64,000 bases of DNA, taken from a bacterium BMS3Abin02 (lineage in GTDB: Bacteria > Actinomycetota > Acidimicrobiia > Spongiisociales > UBA4744). The stretch is taken from NCBI GenBank assembly GCA_002897675.1, contig BDSU01000003.1, positions 19,449-83,448 of the forward strand. Reading direction: 5' to 3'. Under the pieces are notes generated by a model. It was given only the letters and a program-made list of their open reading frames with translations, searched no databases and was not told where the DNA came from. A program made the translations under genes and the position numbers. Of this stretch, positions 18,834-27,445 are shown piece after piece; position 1 is the stretch's first letter, and every line of letters begins with the position of its first letter.

Positions 18834-20041
18834 GGTCGCGAAGCGGCGAAGCGGGTTTCACCGGTCCTGGCGTCCGGTCCGATCTGCGCGTGAAAGTCGA
18901 GGAACGAGAACGTGGCGGTATCGTCGTCGATCTGGTGTCAAGGGTCGAGGCCTACTACGGGAATGCGATTCGGCGTCAGGTCCGCGACCAACTCGAACAT
19001 CTCGGTCTCGAGAGCGCGCACGTCACGATCAACGACATGGGTGCGCTGCCTTTCACCATCGCCGCACGAGTTGAGACGGCGGCTCGGAGGGCGGGGCTCC
19101 TCGACGAACACCATCTCGATACCCTCTCCGAACCCGACCGCGCTCCGTCCGAGCGGCGGCGATTGCGACGATCACGCCTCTACCTTCCGGGCAACGATCC
19201 GAAGTACATGGTCAATGCGGGCCTCTATGGCTCCGACGCTCTCATCCTCGATCTCGAGGACTCCGTACACCCGGCCGAGAAGGACGGCGCCCGCCTTCTG
19301 GTGGCCAATGCGATCCGGCGCCTGGATTTCGGACCGGCAGAGATCATGGTCCGTATCAATCAACTTCCGGTCGGACTCGAAGACCTCGCGACGGTGATCC
19401 CCAGCGGACCAGACCTGATCCTCGTCCCGAAAGTGGAAGACCCGAGCGAAATCGAAGAGGTCGACCGGACGATTGCCAGGATGCTCGAAGAGCTGGGTTG
19501 GCAGCGGCCGATCTGGATCATGCCGATCCTCGAGTCCGCTCTCGGAGTCGAGATGGCGTTCGACATCGCCCGCTGTTGCGACAGGGTCGTCGCTCTCACC
19601 GTGGGACTCGAAGACTTGACCGCGAACCTCGGTGTGCCCGGATCTGCGAAGGAGCAGGCGACACGATACGCGCGTGCCCGCATTGTGAATGCTGCGGTCG
19701 CCGCAGCCGTTCAGCCGATCGACTCGGTGTTCGCCGACGTGTCCGATCTCGAGGGATTGGCATCCTGGTGCGAGAGATCGAAGGCGCTGGGCTTCGAAGG
19801 AATGGGCTGTCTTCATCCGCGTCAGATCCCGATTGTTCATCAGGCATTCACTCCCACTCCCGAGGAGATCGAGCGGGCGCAAGCGATCGTTGCCGCCTTC
19901 GAGCGGGCACGAGAAGAGGGTTTGGCGATCGTCAGTATTGGTTCCAAGATGATCGACGCCCCGATCGTGCAAAGAGCTGTGAAGGTCGTCGAGCGGGCTC
20001 GAGCGCTGGGCCTCTTGGTGGAAGAGAGGGGTGGGCAATGA
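18830..20041 (+). CDS. citrate-lyase acyl-carrier (CitD-like) domain fused to citrate-lyase beta / citryl-CoA-lyase (CitE, HpcH/HpaI family) domain
   Basis: The N-terminal roughly 100 aa aligns with CitD (…SRVEAYYGNAIRRQVRDQLEHLGLESAHVTINDMGALPFTIAARVETA…, and an RSD segment at the prosthetic-group Ser position). The rest is CitE-like (LYLPGNDPKYMVNAGLYGSDALILDLEDSV). Confidence 0.75.
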   Translation: MRSRSGEAGFTGPGVRSDLRVKVEERERGGIVVDLVSRVEAYYGNAIRRQVRDQLEHLGLESAHVTINDMGALPFTIAARVETAARRAGLLDEHHLDTLSEPDRAPSERRRLRRSRLYLPGNDPKYMVNAGLYGSDALILDLEDSVHPAEKDGARLLVANAIRRLDFGPAEIMVRINQLPVGLEDLATVIPSGPDLILVPKVEDPSEIEEVDRTIARMLEELGWQRPIWIMPILESALGVEMAFDIARCCDRVVALTVGLEDLTANLGVPGSAKEQATRYARARIVNAAVAAAVQPIDSVFADVSDLEGLASWCERSKALGFEGMGCLHPRQIPIVHQAFTPTPEEIERAQAIVAAFERAREEGLAIVSIGSKMIDAPIVQRAVKVVERARALGLLVEERGGQ

Positions 20042-21615
20042 TGGCGGGCTTCACCGAGAACGCCGCGGGTCGGAGGGTTCCGGCCGTCGTGAACGGCCAT
20101 GAGCAGACCCCGTACCGAGGCATCGGCGGCCACCGGCCGGCCGGCAAGAAGGCCGGGCCTCCGATCCGAGTCTCGTCCGACTACCCGGACAACGGAGACA
20201 AACGTGTCGGATCGCTGGAAGTGGCCCTCGAGCTGTGCAGTCTGGCCGATGGGATGGTTGTTTCCACTCATCATCACCTTCGCAACGGTGACCGTGTGGC
20301 TCTCAGCCTCCTCAATGCTGCGAGACGCATGGGGATTCGCGATCTGACCTGGTTTCCGAGTGCGTCATTCCCCTGCCACGAACCGGTGATCGATCTGATG
20401 GAGGCCGGCGTCGTGCATCACATCGAAGGGAGCATGAACGGGCCGCTGGGGGAGTACTGCTCACAGGGGAGGATGCGTGGACTGGGGGTGCTTCGCTCAC
20501 ACGGCGGCCGTTGGCAGGCGATCTCCGATGGCGAAGTGCACATCGATATTGCCGTGATCGCCGCTCCGTGCGCAGACATGTTCGGCAACGCAAACGGTGC
20601 ACAAGGCAAGTCCGCGTGTGGATCTCTCGGCTTCGCTCTGGCAGATTCCCTGTATGCCGATCGAGTCATTGTCGTTACCGACGGACTCGTTCCATTCCCA
20701 TGCGTTCCCTGGCAGATACAGGGCAACAACGTGGACTATGTGGTCGAGGTGGCCTCGATCGGAGATCCGAGCAAGATCGTCTCCGGCACGACCCAGATCA
20801 CGAAAAGCCCGGATCGGCTCAAGATCGCCGAGTACACGGCTCGGTTTGTCAGAGATTCAGGCATCCTGCGCGATGGTTTCTCCTTCCAGGCGGGAGCGGG
20901 GGGCATCTCACTTGCCTTCACCGCGTTCCTCGCCGACATGATGCGAAACTCCGGCGCCACTGCACGGTTCGTCCGCGGTGGCTCCACCCGCGTGCTCGTC
21001 GACATGTTGCGGGAAGGCCTGACCGACTACATCCTCGACGGTCAAACATTCGATCTCAGTGGTGTCCAATCGATTGCGACAGACTCGCGCCACGTGGCGA
21101 CTTCCCCATTCACTTCGTACAACTTCAACGGCAAAGGCAACTTCGCGAGCATGGTCGATGCCGTTGTTCTCGGCGCAACCGAGGTCGACGTCGATTTCAA
21201 CGCCAACGTGGTGACACACTCAGACGGACGTCTACTGCATGGCATCGGCGGATGGCAGAACTGCCTGTTCGCCGGTTGCACGATCTTGGCGATGCCGTCG
21301 TTTCGCGACCGAAATCCCGTCATTCGAGATCGAGTGACCACTCTCACGGGGCCGGGCGAACTCATCGATGTCGTGGTGACCGAGCGGGGTGTCGCCATCA
21401 ATCCGAGGCGCCAGGACCTGATCGATGCAACCAAGGCGTCTGATCTTCCCATCGTCGACATTCGGCACTTGCAGGCCGACGTGGAGCGGATCTGTGGAGG
21501 CAAGCCGGATCCGGCCGCACTGACGGAGCAGCCCGCGGCTGTGATCAAGTGGGTGGACGGCACAGTCCTCGACACCGTGTGGCAAACGGAAAACCGGCGA
21601 ACCCAGGGCTCGTAG
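20038..21615 (+). CDS. citF: citrate lyase alpha subunit / citrate CoA-transferase (CitF family)
   Basis: About 525 aa of CitF-like sequence. The ATG at 20038 overlaps the citDE stop (ATGA). The 705-aa table ORF (19498) is an out-of-frame 5' extension across citE. Confidence 0.8.
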   Translation: MMAGFTENAAGRRVPAVVNGHEQTPYRGIGGHRPAGKKAGPPIRVSSDYPDNGDKRVGSLEVALELCSLADGMVVSTHHHLRNGDRVALSLLNAARRMGIRDLTWFPSASFPCHEPVIDLMEAGVVHHIEGSMNGPLGEYCSQGRMRGLGVLRSHGGRWQAISDGEVHIDIAVIAAPCADMFGNANGAQGKSACGSLGFALADSLYADRVIVVTDGLVPFPCVPWQIQGNNVDYVVEVASIGDPSKIVSGTTQITKSPDRLKIAEYTARFVRDSGILRDGFSFQAGAGGISLAFTAFLADMMRNSGATARFVRGGSTRVLVDMLREGLTDYILDGQTFDLSGVQSIATDSRHVATSPFTSYNFNGKGNFASMVDAVVLGATEVDVDFNANVVTHSDGRLLHGIGGWQNCLFAGCTILAMPSFRDRNPVIRDRVTTLTGPGELIDVVVTERGVAINPRRQDLIDATKASDLPIVDIRHLQADVERICGGKPDPAALTEQPAAVIKWVDGTVLDTVWQTENRRTQGS

Positions 21616-21634
21616 ATGCGCTGAGCGCACCCCT

Positions 21635-21654
21635 GAGCCCAGGGTTCGGGGCTC
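21635..21654. terminator. GC hairpin between convergent citF and ftcD (possible bidirectional terminator)
   Basis: gagccc-agggttcg-gggctc: a 6-bp stem with an 8-nt loop, located between the stops at 21615 and 21659. Confidence 0.3.
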
Positions 21655-21658
21655 CCGG

Positions 21659-23314
21659 TTACTGATCGCCGGCGATACGGCTCTCCACGGTCGCCAGCAC
21701 CTTGGATGCCAGCGTCCTAGAAGACTCCAATGCAGCGCTTCGTCGAGCTTGCAGGTGTTCTGTTTCGGGATGATCTGGAAGTGAGCTGAGGTTGATGCGT
21801 ACGTTCAGAGACGCACCCTCTGCGGCAGCGAGCGCACACATGGCAGCGACGCCGGTATCGCTGACGGCGCTCTCGTTGCCGCTCTTGGCAACCACCGCCG
21901 CGGCGTCGAGGGCAGCGACGCAATGCTCGATCACTTCGAGAGGGACGATGCTGGCGGTCAGTGTGGCGTCCTGCACGGCACGGTCGCGAGCGAGACGTTC
22001 GGCGTCGGTCTTGCGAGGCAGGCGCATCGCCTCCATCAGCGAGTCGAACGACTCGGTGTCCCGATCGACCGCGTCGAGGAACCAGTCCTTGAGTAGCTGT
22101 GCCGACCGGCCGGTGTCCTCCATCTTGGTGTCGCTCGTCTTGGAGAACGTGAGTGCCGCGACCATCGAAGTCAGTGCCACCGACAGGGAGGCAGCCAACG
22201 CGGCGACACTGCCACCTCCGGGCGTCGGCGTGCCCGCCGAGAGGACGTCGGCGAAGTGTCGAAGCGAGTGGTTGACGAGGCCCGACGGTACCCCTTGATA
22301 TCGGTACTCGATCACTTTGTCTGCCGGATCGAACGGTGAGACATCGTCCAGGCCGAGGCTCAGCGCCGCGATATGCATTCGTTCTGCTTCCGGGACGCCA
22401 GTCGTCTTGCCCTGGGCACGCAAGTAGTGATCCCCGGCGGCAAGCATCGCGCGGCGGGGGACAAGGCCTACGATCTCGCTACCCGTTACGCGCACGCCGA
22501 GCCGGCCGGCCTCCTCGCAAGCCGCGTCGAAGACGGCATGAAGTGAGGTGATGTCTGGATCGGTCAAGTTGAACGACACCTGCGCTCTTCCGTACTCCTC
22601 GATGTACCAGCCGACCCCTCGTAGGTGGGTAAACCGTCCCGGCTCGCGCAGAGCAACACCGTTCGCATCACGTTCGACCTTGCCGTCGGGACCACGTTTT
22701 GGTCGCCCACTTTCCCTGAGAGCGCCGGCGATCCTGTTGGCGATTCTGCGGTCGCGGGTGTTGAGGTTCACGTTGTAGGCAATCAGGAAGTTGCGTGCGC
22801 CGATCGCGATCGCTCCGTTCTTCGCGTTGAATCCGGTCGGACCAAAGTCGGGCTCGTCCTCACGATCGGCAAGCCCTTCGTACTCACCGCGGCGAACGTC
22901 GGCGAGTGATCGGTGCTCCGGGCACGATGCGGCTTCCCCGTACAAGTACACGGGGATTCGGAGTTCGGCTCCAACGCGTTCGCCCAGACGCTGTGCGATC
23001 TGAACGCAATCCTCCATGGAGGCTCCGTCGAGTGGAACGAACGGGCAAACATCGGTGCTTCCCATTCGTGGATGTTCACCATGGTGGGTCCGCATGTCGA
23101 TCAGGTCGGCTGCCTTCTCGATGGCGGCGAACGCGGCTTCCTCCACGGCTTCCGGCGATCCCGCGAACGTCATCACGGTGCGATTCGTGGCAGCCCCAGG
23201 GTCGACATCGAGCAGTGTCACGCCGTCGACGGCGCCGATGACGGCGGCGATCGCATCGATGACACGCCGATCGCTACCTTCGCTGAAGTTGGGAATGCAT
23301 TCGATGAGTTTCAT
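21659..23314 (-). CDS. ftcD: glutamate formimidoyltransferase fused to formiminotetrahydrofolate cyclodeaminase (FtcD-like)
   Basis: N-terminal formiminotransferase (MKLIECIPNFSEGSD…) and a C-terminal cyclodeaminase helical domain. The start is taken at the internal MKLIE… ATG. Confidence 0.8.
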   Translation of the reverse strand: MKLIECIPNFSEGSDRRVIDAIAAVIGAVDGVTLLDVDPGAATNRTVMTFAGSPEAVEEAAFAAIEKAADLIDMRTHHGEHPRMGSTDVCPFVPLDGASMEDCVQIAQRLGERVGAELRIPVYLYGEAASCPEHRSLADVRRGEYEGLADREDEPDFGPTGFNAKNGAIAIGARNFLIAYNVNLNTRDRRIANRIAGALRESGRPKRGPDGKVERDANGVALREPGRFTHLRGVGWYIEEYGRAQVSFNLTDPDITSLHAVFDAACEEAGRLGVRVTGSEIVGLVPRRAMLAAGDHYLRAQGKTTGVPEAERMHIAALSLGLDDVSPFDPADKVIEYRYQGVPSGLVNHSLRHFADVLSAGTPTPGGGSVAALAASLSVALTSMVAALTFSKTSDTKMEDTGRSAQLLKDWFLDAVDRDTESFDSLMEAMRLPRKTDAERLARDRAVQDATLTASIVPLEVIEHCVAALDAAAVVAKSGNESAVSDTGVAAMCALAAAEGASLNVRINLSSLPDHPETEHLQARRSAALESSRTLASKVLATVESRIAGDQ

Positions 23315-23324
23315 ACGACCTCCA

Positions 23325-23576
23325 TCAGAGATCCGGCTCTTCTTCAGGGGACAGGAAGGTCTCCAGCGGTTCGCGGGCAACATAATGTGACGTCATGGAC
23401 TCTTCCCACTCCAGGTACCGTTCCTCGCACCGCACCGAGCAGAACTCGGAACCGGCTTGCCGGGGGGCACCGTCCCAGAGGCACGTCGTGTGGCTCCGCC
23501 GCAACCACGGTGGATCGTACAGGGGATATCGTCCATGACTCCGGCGGTAGTCACCGGGCATCGGCTCGACATCCAT
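23325..23576 (-). CDS. hypothetical small Cys-containing protein (MDVEPMPGDYRRSHGRYPLYDPPW…CLWDG…CSVRCEERY…)
   Basis: C-terminal 84 codons of the 469-aa table ORF. GC3 is about 76 %. It lies directly upstream of ftcD on the same strand. Confidence 0.2.
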   Translation of the reverse strand: MDVEPMPGDYRRSHGRYPLYDPPWLRRSHTTCLWDGAPRQAGSEFCSVRCEERYLEWEESMTSHYVAREPLETFLSPEEEPDL

Positions 23577-23735
23577 GGGCGGTCTCCTCGCTGTTCCGAC
23601 CCAGGCTAGAGGCCGCCGGGGCCCGCGTAGGCTCAAACTCGCAAACCCCCGGTGACGGATGGGTGAGACGGACTCTGCAGCCTCGCTTCCGGTGCCGAAG
23701 AAGGAAACTCCTACAGGAAGCCGACCTGTGCTCCG

Positions 23736-23936
23736 ATGTCGAAAGTGATGACCAACCGCACCGAGTTCACGTTCATGTGCACGCGCTGTGGGGAGAAGGC
23801 GGCCGTCGTCAAACAAGGGCGCAAGGTGTTCCTCTGTGCAGTGTGTGCCTCCGACGCCATGTGGCACGATATGGTCGGCGTGATCATCAACGGCCCCGAC
23901 GCTGCTCGAGAGGACGACGGTGGCCGTCAGTCCTGA
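23736..23936 (+). CDS. hypothetical small zinc-ribbon protein (CxxC-x15-CxxC)
   Basis: 66 aa, MCTRCGEKAAVVKQGRKVFLCAVCASD, GC3 about 83 %. It is convergent with the ABC permease and overlaps its stop by 10 nt. Confidence 0.3.
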   Translation: MSKVMTNRTEFTFMCTRCGEKAAVVKQGRKVFLCAVCASDAMWHDMVGVIINGPDAAREDDGGRQS

Positions 23937-24796
23937 ATGCTCACCAGCCACATGGCGAGCAGGTTCATCACGACTCCGAACACGGTAACAACGATCAGAT
24001 CCTGCCCAACGGTCATCGCGTGTCCGAAGACCTTGATTCCGAGACCGAAGTCGGGAAGCCGATCCAGCACGGCGGCCGGCAACCCCTGGGCGTCCAGGAC
24101 CAACCTCCGGAGTGGGTCGACGGCGTAGGTGATCGGGTTGACCTTGACGAGAACGGTCATCCATGCGGGTAGACCCTGGAGTGGAAAGAACACTCCCGAC
24201 AGGAAGATCAGCGGGAAGGTGACGAACTGGTTCACGACCTGGAATGCCTCGGTGCTTCGCATCCGCGCCGCGAGCGCGACACCCATCCCCGACAGGCCAA
24301 AAGCACCGAGGAACATCACCGGCCAGAGTTGAAGCACGAGAATAGGCGTCAGAGTGACCCCGACGAGCGGGGCGAACAGGAAGACGAGCGTACCTTGAAC
24401 GGTCGCGACCGTGGCACCACCAAGCGTCTTGCCGAACGCCACGGAGGCACGATTGACGGGGGCGACGAGGACCTCTTTGAGGATGCCGAACTCGCGGTCG
24501 TAGACCAGCGAGATGCCGTTGAAGATCGACGCGAAGAACACGTTCATGGCGATGATGCCGGGGAAGATGAACTGCTTGAAGTCGATCGTCGGGCCGCCGG
24601 AGCCCTCCCCGATCAATGATCCCATCGCGCCGCTGAGCCCCACACCAAAGATCAGCAGAAAGATGATCGGCATCCCGAGGGATCCGATGATCCTCGTCTT
24701 GTCTCGCCACCATCGAATGATCTCTCTGCGCCAAATGATGCCGACTGCCGCAATTGACGAGGATGATCGTCCAACACGAGTCCGTGGTGCCGTCAT
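23927..24796 (-). CDS. ABC-2 type transporter permease
   Basis: 289 aa with six predicted TM helices of ABC-2 exporter type. Its 5' end overlaps the ATPase 3' end by 4 nt. Confidence 0.85.
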   Translation of the reverse strand: MTAPRTRVGRSSSSIAAVGIIWRREIIRWWRDKTRIIGSLGMPIIFLLIFGVGLSGAMGSLIGEGSGGPTIDFKQFIFPGIIAMNVFFASIFNGISLVYDREFGILKEVLVAPVNRASVAFGKTLGGATVATVQGTLVFLFAPLVGVTLTPILVLQLWPVMFLGAFGLSGMGVALAARMRSTEAFQVVNQFVTFPLIFLSGVFFPLQGLPAWMTVLVKVNPITYAVDPLRRLVLDAQGLPAAVLDRLPDFGLGIKVFGHAMTVGQDLIVVTVFGVVMNLLAMWLVSIQD

Positions 24797-25782
24797 CCGT
24801 GCCCCCTCCGTCTACGGACCATCATCCTGAGACGATTACGGTTGAGGTCAACCTGATCGAGTTCGGACTCCCGGATCGTTCTTCCTGTCAGCTTCAGAAA
24901 GACGTCATCGAGGGTCGGTCTCCTGAGTTCGATGGCGTCGATACGGCCTTTGAACTCCCGGGCGAGGTGTGGAATGAACGGTGCACCCTCTTGCACCTCG
25001 ATTCGGATGCTGCCGTTCCTCTGCGTTGTCATGACAGGCTCCGTGGAGAGGAAGTCGACGAGATCATTCGAGTCGGGCGTCCTTACGGTGATCACGTCGC
25101 CGCCGACCATGCGCTTGAGACCCTCGGGTGTGTCGAGAGCGACAATGCCCGCGTGGTCCATGATGGCGATTCGATTGCAGAACTCCGCTTCGTCCATGTA
25201 GTGGGTGGTCATGAAGATGGTCGTGCCGGTTTCCTCGCGCAGTCGTTTGATGTGGTCCCACATGTTGCGTCTCGTCTGCGGATCGAGGCCGATCGTCGGC
25301 TCGTCGAGAAAGAGGATCTCGGGAGTGTGCAAGAGCCCCCTCGCTATCTCGAGCCGGCGTTTCATGCCGCCGGAGAACTTCTCGACGATGTCATCGGCTC
25401 GTGAATCGAGGTCGACGAGCTTCAGGAGTTCGTCGATCCGCTCCCTCCGAATCTGCGGGGGGACGTTGTAGAGAACACCGTGGAAGTTGAGGTTCTCACG
25501 GGCCGTGAGGCGGTCGTCGAGGCTTGGCTCCTGAAAGACGATGCCGATCGAAGATCGAACGGCGCTCTGCTCGGATCGGATGTCGTGCCCGGCAACAGTT
25601 GCGGTGCCCGCCGACGGCTTGAGGAGGGTCGTCAGCATCGAGATCGTCGTTGTCTTGCCCGCACCGTTGGGTCCCAGAAAGCCGAACACCTCGCCCTTGT
25701 TCACCCAGAAGTCGACCGCGTCGACCGCAACGAGATTCCCGAAGTGCCTGGTCAGGGCATTCACGTCGATCGCTCGAGTCAT
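24793..25782 (-). CDS. ABC transporter ATP-binding protein
   Basis: Walker A GPNGAGKTT, signature FSGGMKRR, Walker B ILFLDEPT, H-loop. Confidence 0.9.
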   Translation of the reverse strand: MTRAIDVNALTRHFGNLVAVDAVDFWVNKGEVFGFLGPNGAGKTTTISMLTTLLKPSAGTATVAGHDIRSEQSAVRSSIGIVFQEPSLDDRLTARENLNFHGVLYNVPPQIRRERIDELLKLVDLDSRADDIVEKFSGGMKRRLEIARGLLHTPEILFLDEPTIGLDPQTRRNMWDHIKRLREETGTTIFMTTHYMDEAEFCNRIAIMDHAGIVALDTPEGLKRMVGGDVITVRTPDSNDLVDFLSTEPVMTTQRNGSIRIEVQEGAPFIPHLAREFKGRIDAIELRRPTLDDVFLKLTGRTIRESELDQVDLNRNRLRMMVRRRRGHG

Positions 25783-25864
25783 TCCCCCGTCCCTCAGGGC
25801 AAGGTTAGTGCCGTCCAGATGAGTCTCGTTTCACCGATCCGACACAGACCTCTACCGTTGGTGT

Positions 25865-26185
25865 ATGTACCGCCGAACCGGCATCATCCTGGTCATCGTC
25901 GCCGTGGTTCTGAGCGCCTGGATGCTTACGACACCCGTCCGCCATTTCACCGGCTACCTCATCGGCGGAGGTGAAACCGAAAAGCTGTTCACGACCTGCG
26001 GAAAGACGATCGACATCCTTTCCGGCCGATTCGATGAAGAAGTTACGACGCCCGGCGCACGAGGAGACTGCGTGAAGGAGGCACGAGGCCGCGTTGCCTA
26101 CGTGGTCATCGTCGCCGCACCACTGTTGCTGGTCGCAGGATTCGCGATCGCGCGGGGGAGATATCCGAACCTGCCCCTTCCTTGA
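25865..26185 (+). CDS. hypothetical small membrane protein (TM helices at both ends)
   Basis: 106 aa with high GC3. It is divergent from the ABC operon, with hydrophobic IILVIVAVVLSAWML and VVIVAAPLLLVAGFAIA segments. Confidence 0.4.
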   Translation: MYRRTGIILVIVAVVLSAWMLTTPVRHFTGYLIGGGETEKLFTTCGKTIDILSGRFDEEVTTPGARGDCVKEARGRVAYVVIVAAPLLLVAGFAIARGRYPNLPLP

Positions 26186-26239
26186 AGAGATGGCCGCTAC
26201 GTGCTGCTCGGCGGGCACCCGACATGTGGCGCAAACGAT

Positions 26240-27145
26240 CTATCGGGCCTCCGCCCTGGAGGCCAGGAACGCCCCGATGAGCACGACCGCTGTTCCCACG
26301 ATCGACAATGGCGCCACATACTCGCCGTGCAAGAAGACCCCCAGCAGGATCGCCACCACCGGAAGGAAGTAGATGGCGATGGAGGCACGAGTCGCCCCGA
26401 CCCGTCCGGCCAGTACCGTCATCGCGAGGAGCGCGAGTCCCGTTCCGAACACACCCAAGGTCGCGACTGCCGCCAGAGGACCCCATGCGAAGCGTGTCTG
26501 CCCCGCGTGAATCAACCCGAAAGGAGCGACGAGTGCGAGCGCGACGACTTGGGCGCGCAAGATCACCGGGAAAGCGCCGTACCGCTGCTGGAGTGGCACG
26601 GCCAGGTTGACCGACACTCCGTAGGAGATCGTGGCGACAAGCACCAGCAAGGTCCCGCGAAGGACCGATGGCCCCCCTTCGATGCCCGGAACGCCGATCG
26701 CAACGATCCCGACGAGGCCGAGCAATACGCCGATGATCTGGTTGCGGCCAGGCGTCCTACGAAGAAGGAAGGCCGCGATGATTGCGGAGAAAATCGGCAT
26801 CGACCCGTTGAGCATGCCGGCGAGCGAGGATGAGATCCACTGTTGGGCGATCGGGAAGAGGAGCATGGGAAACCCCATCCAGATCACGCCGAGAAGAACG
26901 ATCCGGGGAAGGTCCGCCCGGTCGACCGGTCGCCTCGAGGCAGGAAACAGAGCGAGCGTGACTGCGCCGATGGCGAGGCGAAGCGAGGCGATGAGGGTAG
27001 GGGGAAACCCTTCGAGTCCGATGGCGATGAGGAGGAACGAGGAGCCCCAGATGAGCGCAACCCCTGTGAGCAGACCCCAGTCGGTGAGCGCGAAGGCGGC
27101 TCGCCGGGTCCCCGGTGCAGTCGAGAGGATTGAAGACGCCCTCAT
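26240..27145 (-). CDS. EamA/DMT-family transporter
   Basis: Ten TM segments in two EamA halves. The start is taken at the internal ATG (MRASSILST…). The 388-aa table ORF has a non-membrane 87-aa extension. Confidence 0.75.
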   Translation of the reverse strand: MRASSILSTAPGTRRAAFALTDWGLLTGVALIWGSSFLLIAIGLEGFPPTLIASLRLAIGAVTLALFPASRRPVDRADLPRIVLLGVIWMGFPMLLFPIAQQWISSSLAGMLNGSMPIFSAIIAAFLLRRTPGRNQIIGVLLGLVGIVAIGVPGIEGGPSVLRGTLLVLVATISYGVSVNLAVPLQQRYGAFPVILRAQVVALALVAPFGLIHAGQTRFAWGPLAAVATLGVFGTGLALLAMTVLAGRVGATRASIAIYFLPVVAILLGVFLHGEYVAPLSIVGTAVVLIGAFLASRAEAR

Positions 27146-27445
27146 CGACGGCAGCGTAGTGCCTTTGCAGGCAAGGCTCGGAGTGTCGATGTCGAGGCAG
27201 GGCGTCGTGCCACTGCTCGTGTATTTCGTACCTTGTGTTTCGCACTTTGCATCTCGAGAACGCACAGACGGGGACGGTGGAACCGTCTCGAGGGTGTCGA
27301 AACGTCGGTCCGGCGTGGCTTTCTGCCGAGATTCACCGATGTGGCTCACCTGTACGTTGATCCGCTTCATGCTTCGTATCGCGACTTGCCCGACAGAAGG
27401 GCGCAAAGGTTCTCTGTCGAGGCATCGATGCGGGGAGTAGGGGCT

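Noticed and set aside
19498-20037. 5' part of the 705-aa plus ORF
   Set aside because: It is out of frame with citE, whose CitE motifs are unambiguous. The CitF homology starts at the ATG at 20038, which overlaps the citDE stop.
23325-24734. 469-aa ORF on the minus strand
   Set aside because: It overlaps the well-supported ABC-2 permease (23927-24796) on the same strand in another frame. It has an Arg/Pro/His-rich composition typical of GC-frame artefacts. Only its last 84 codons were kept as a low-confidence feature.
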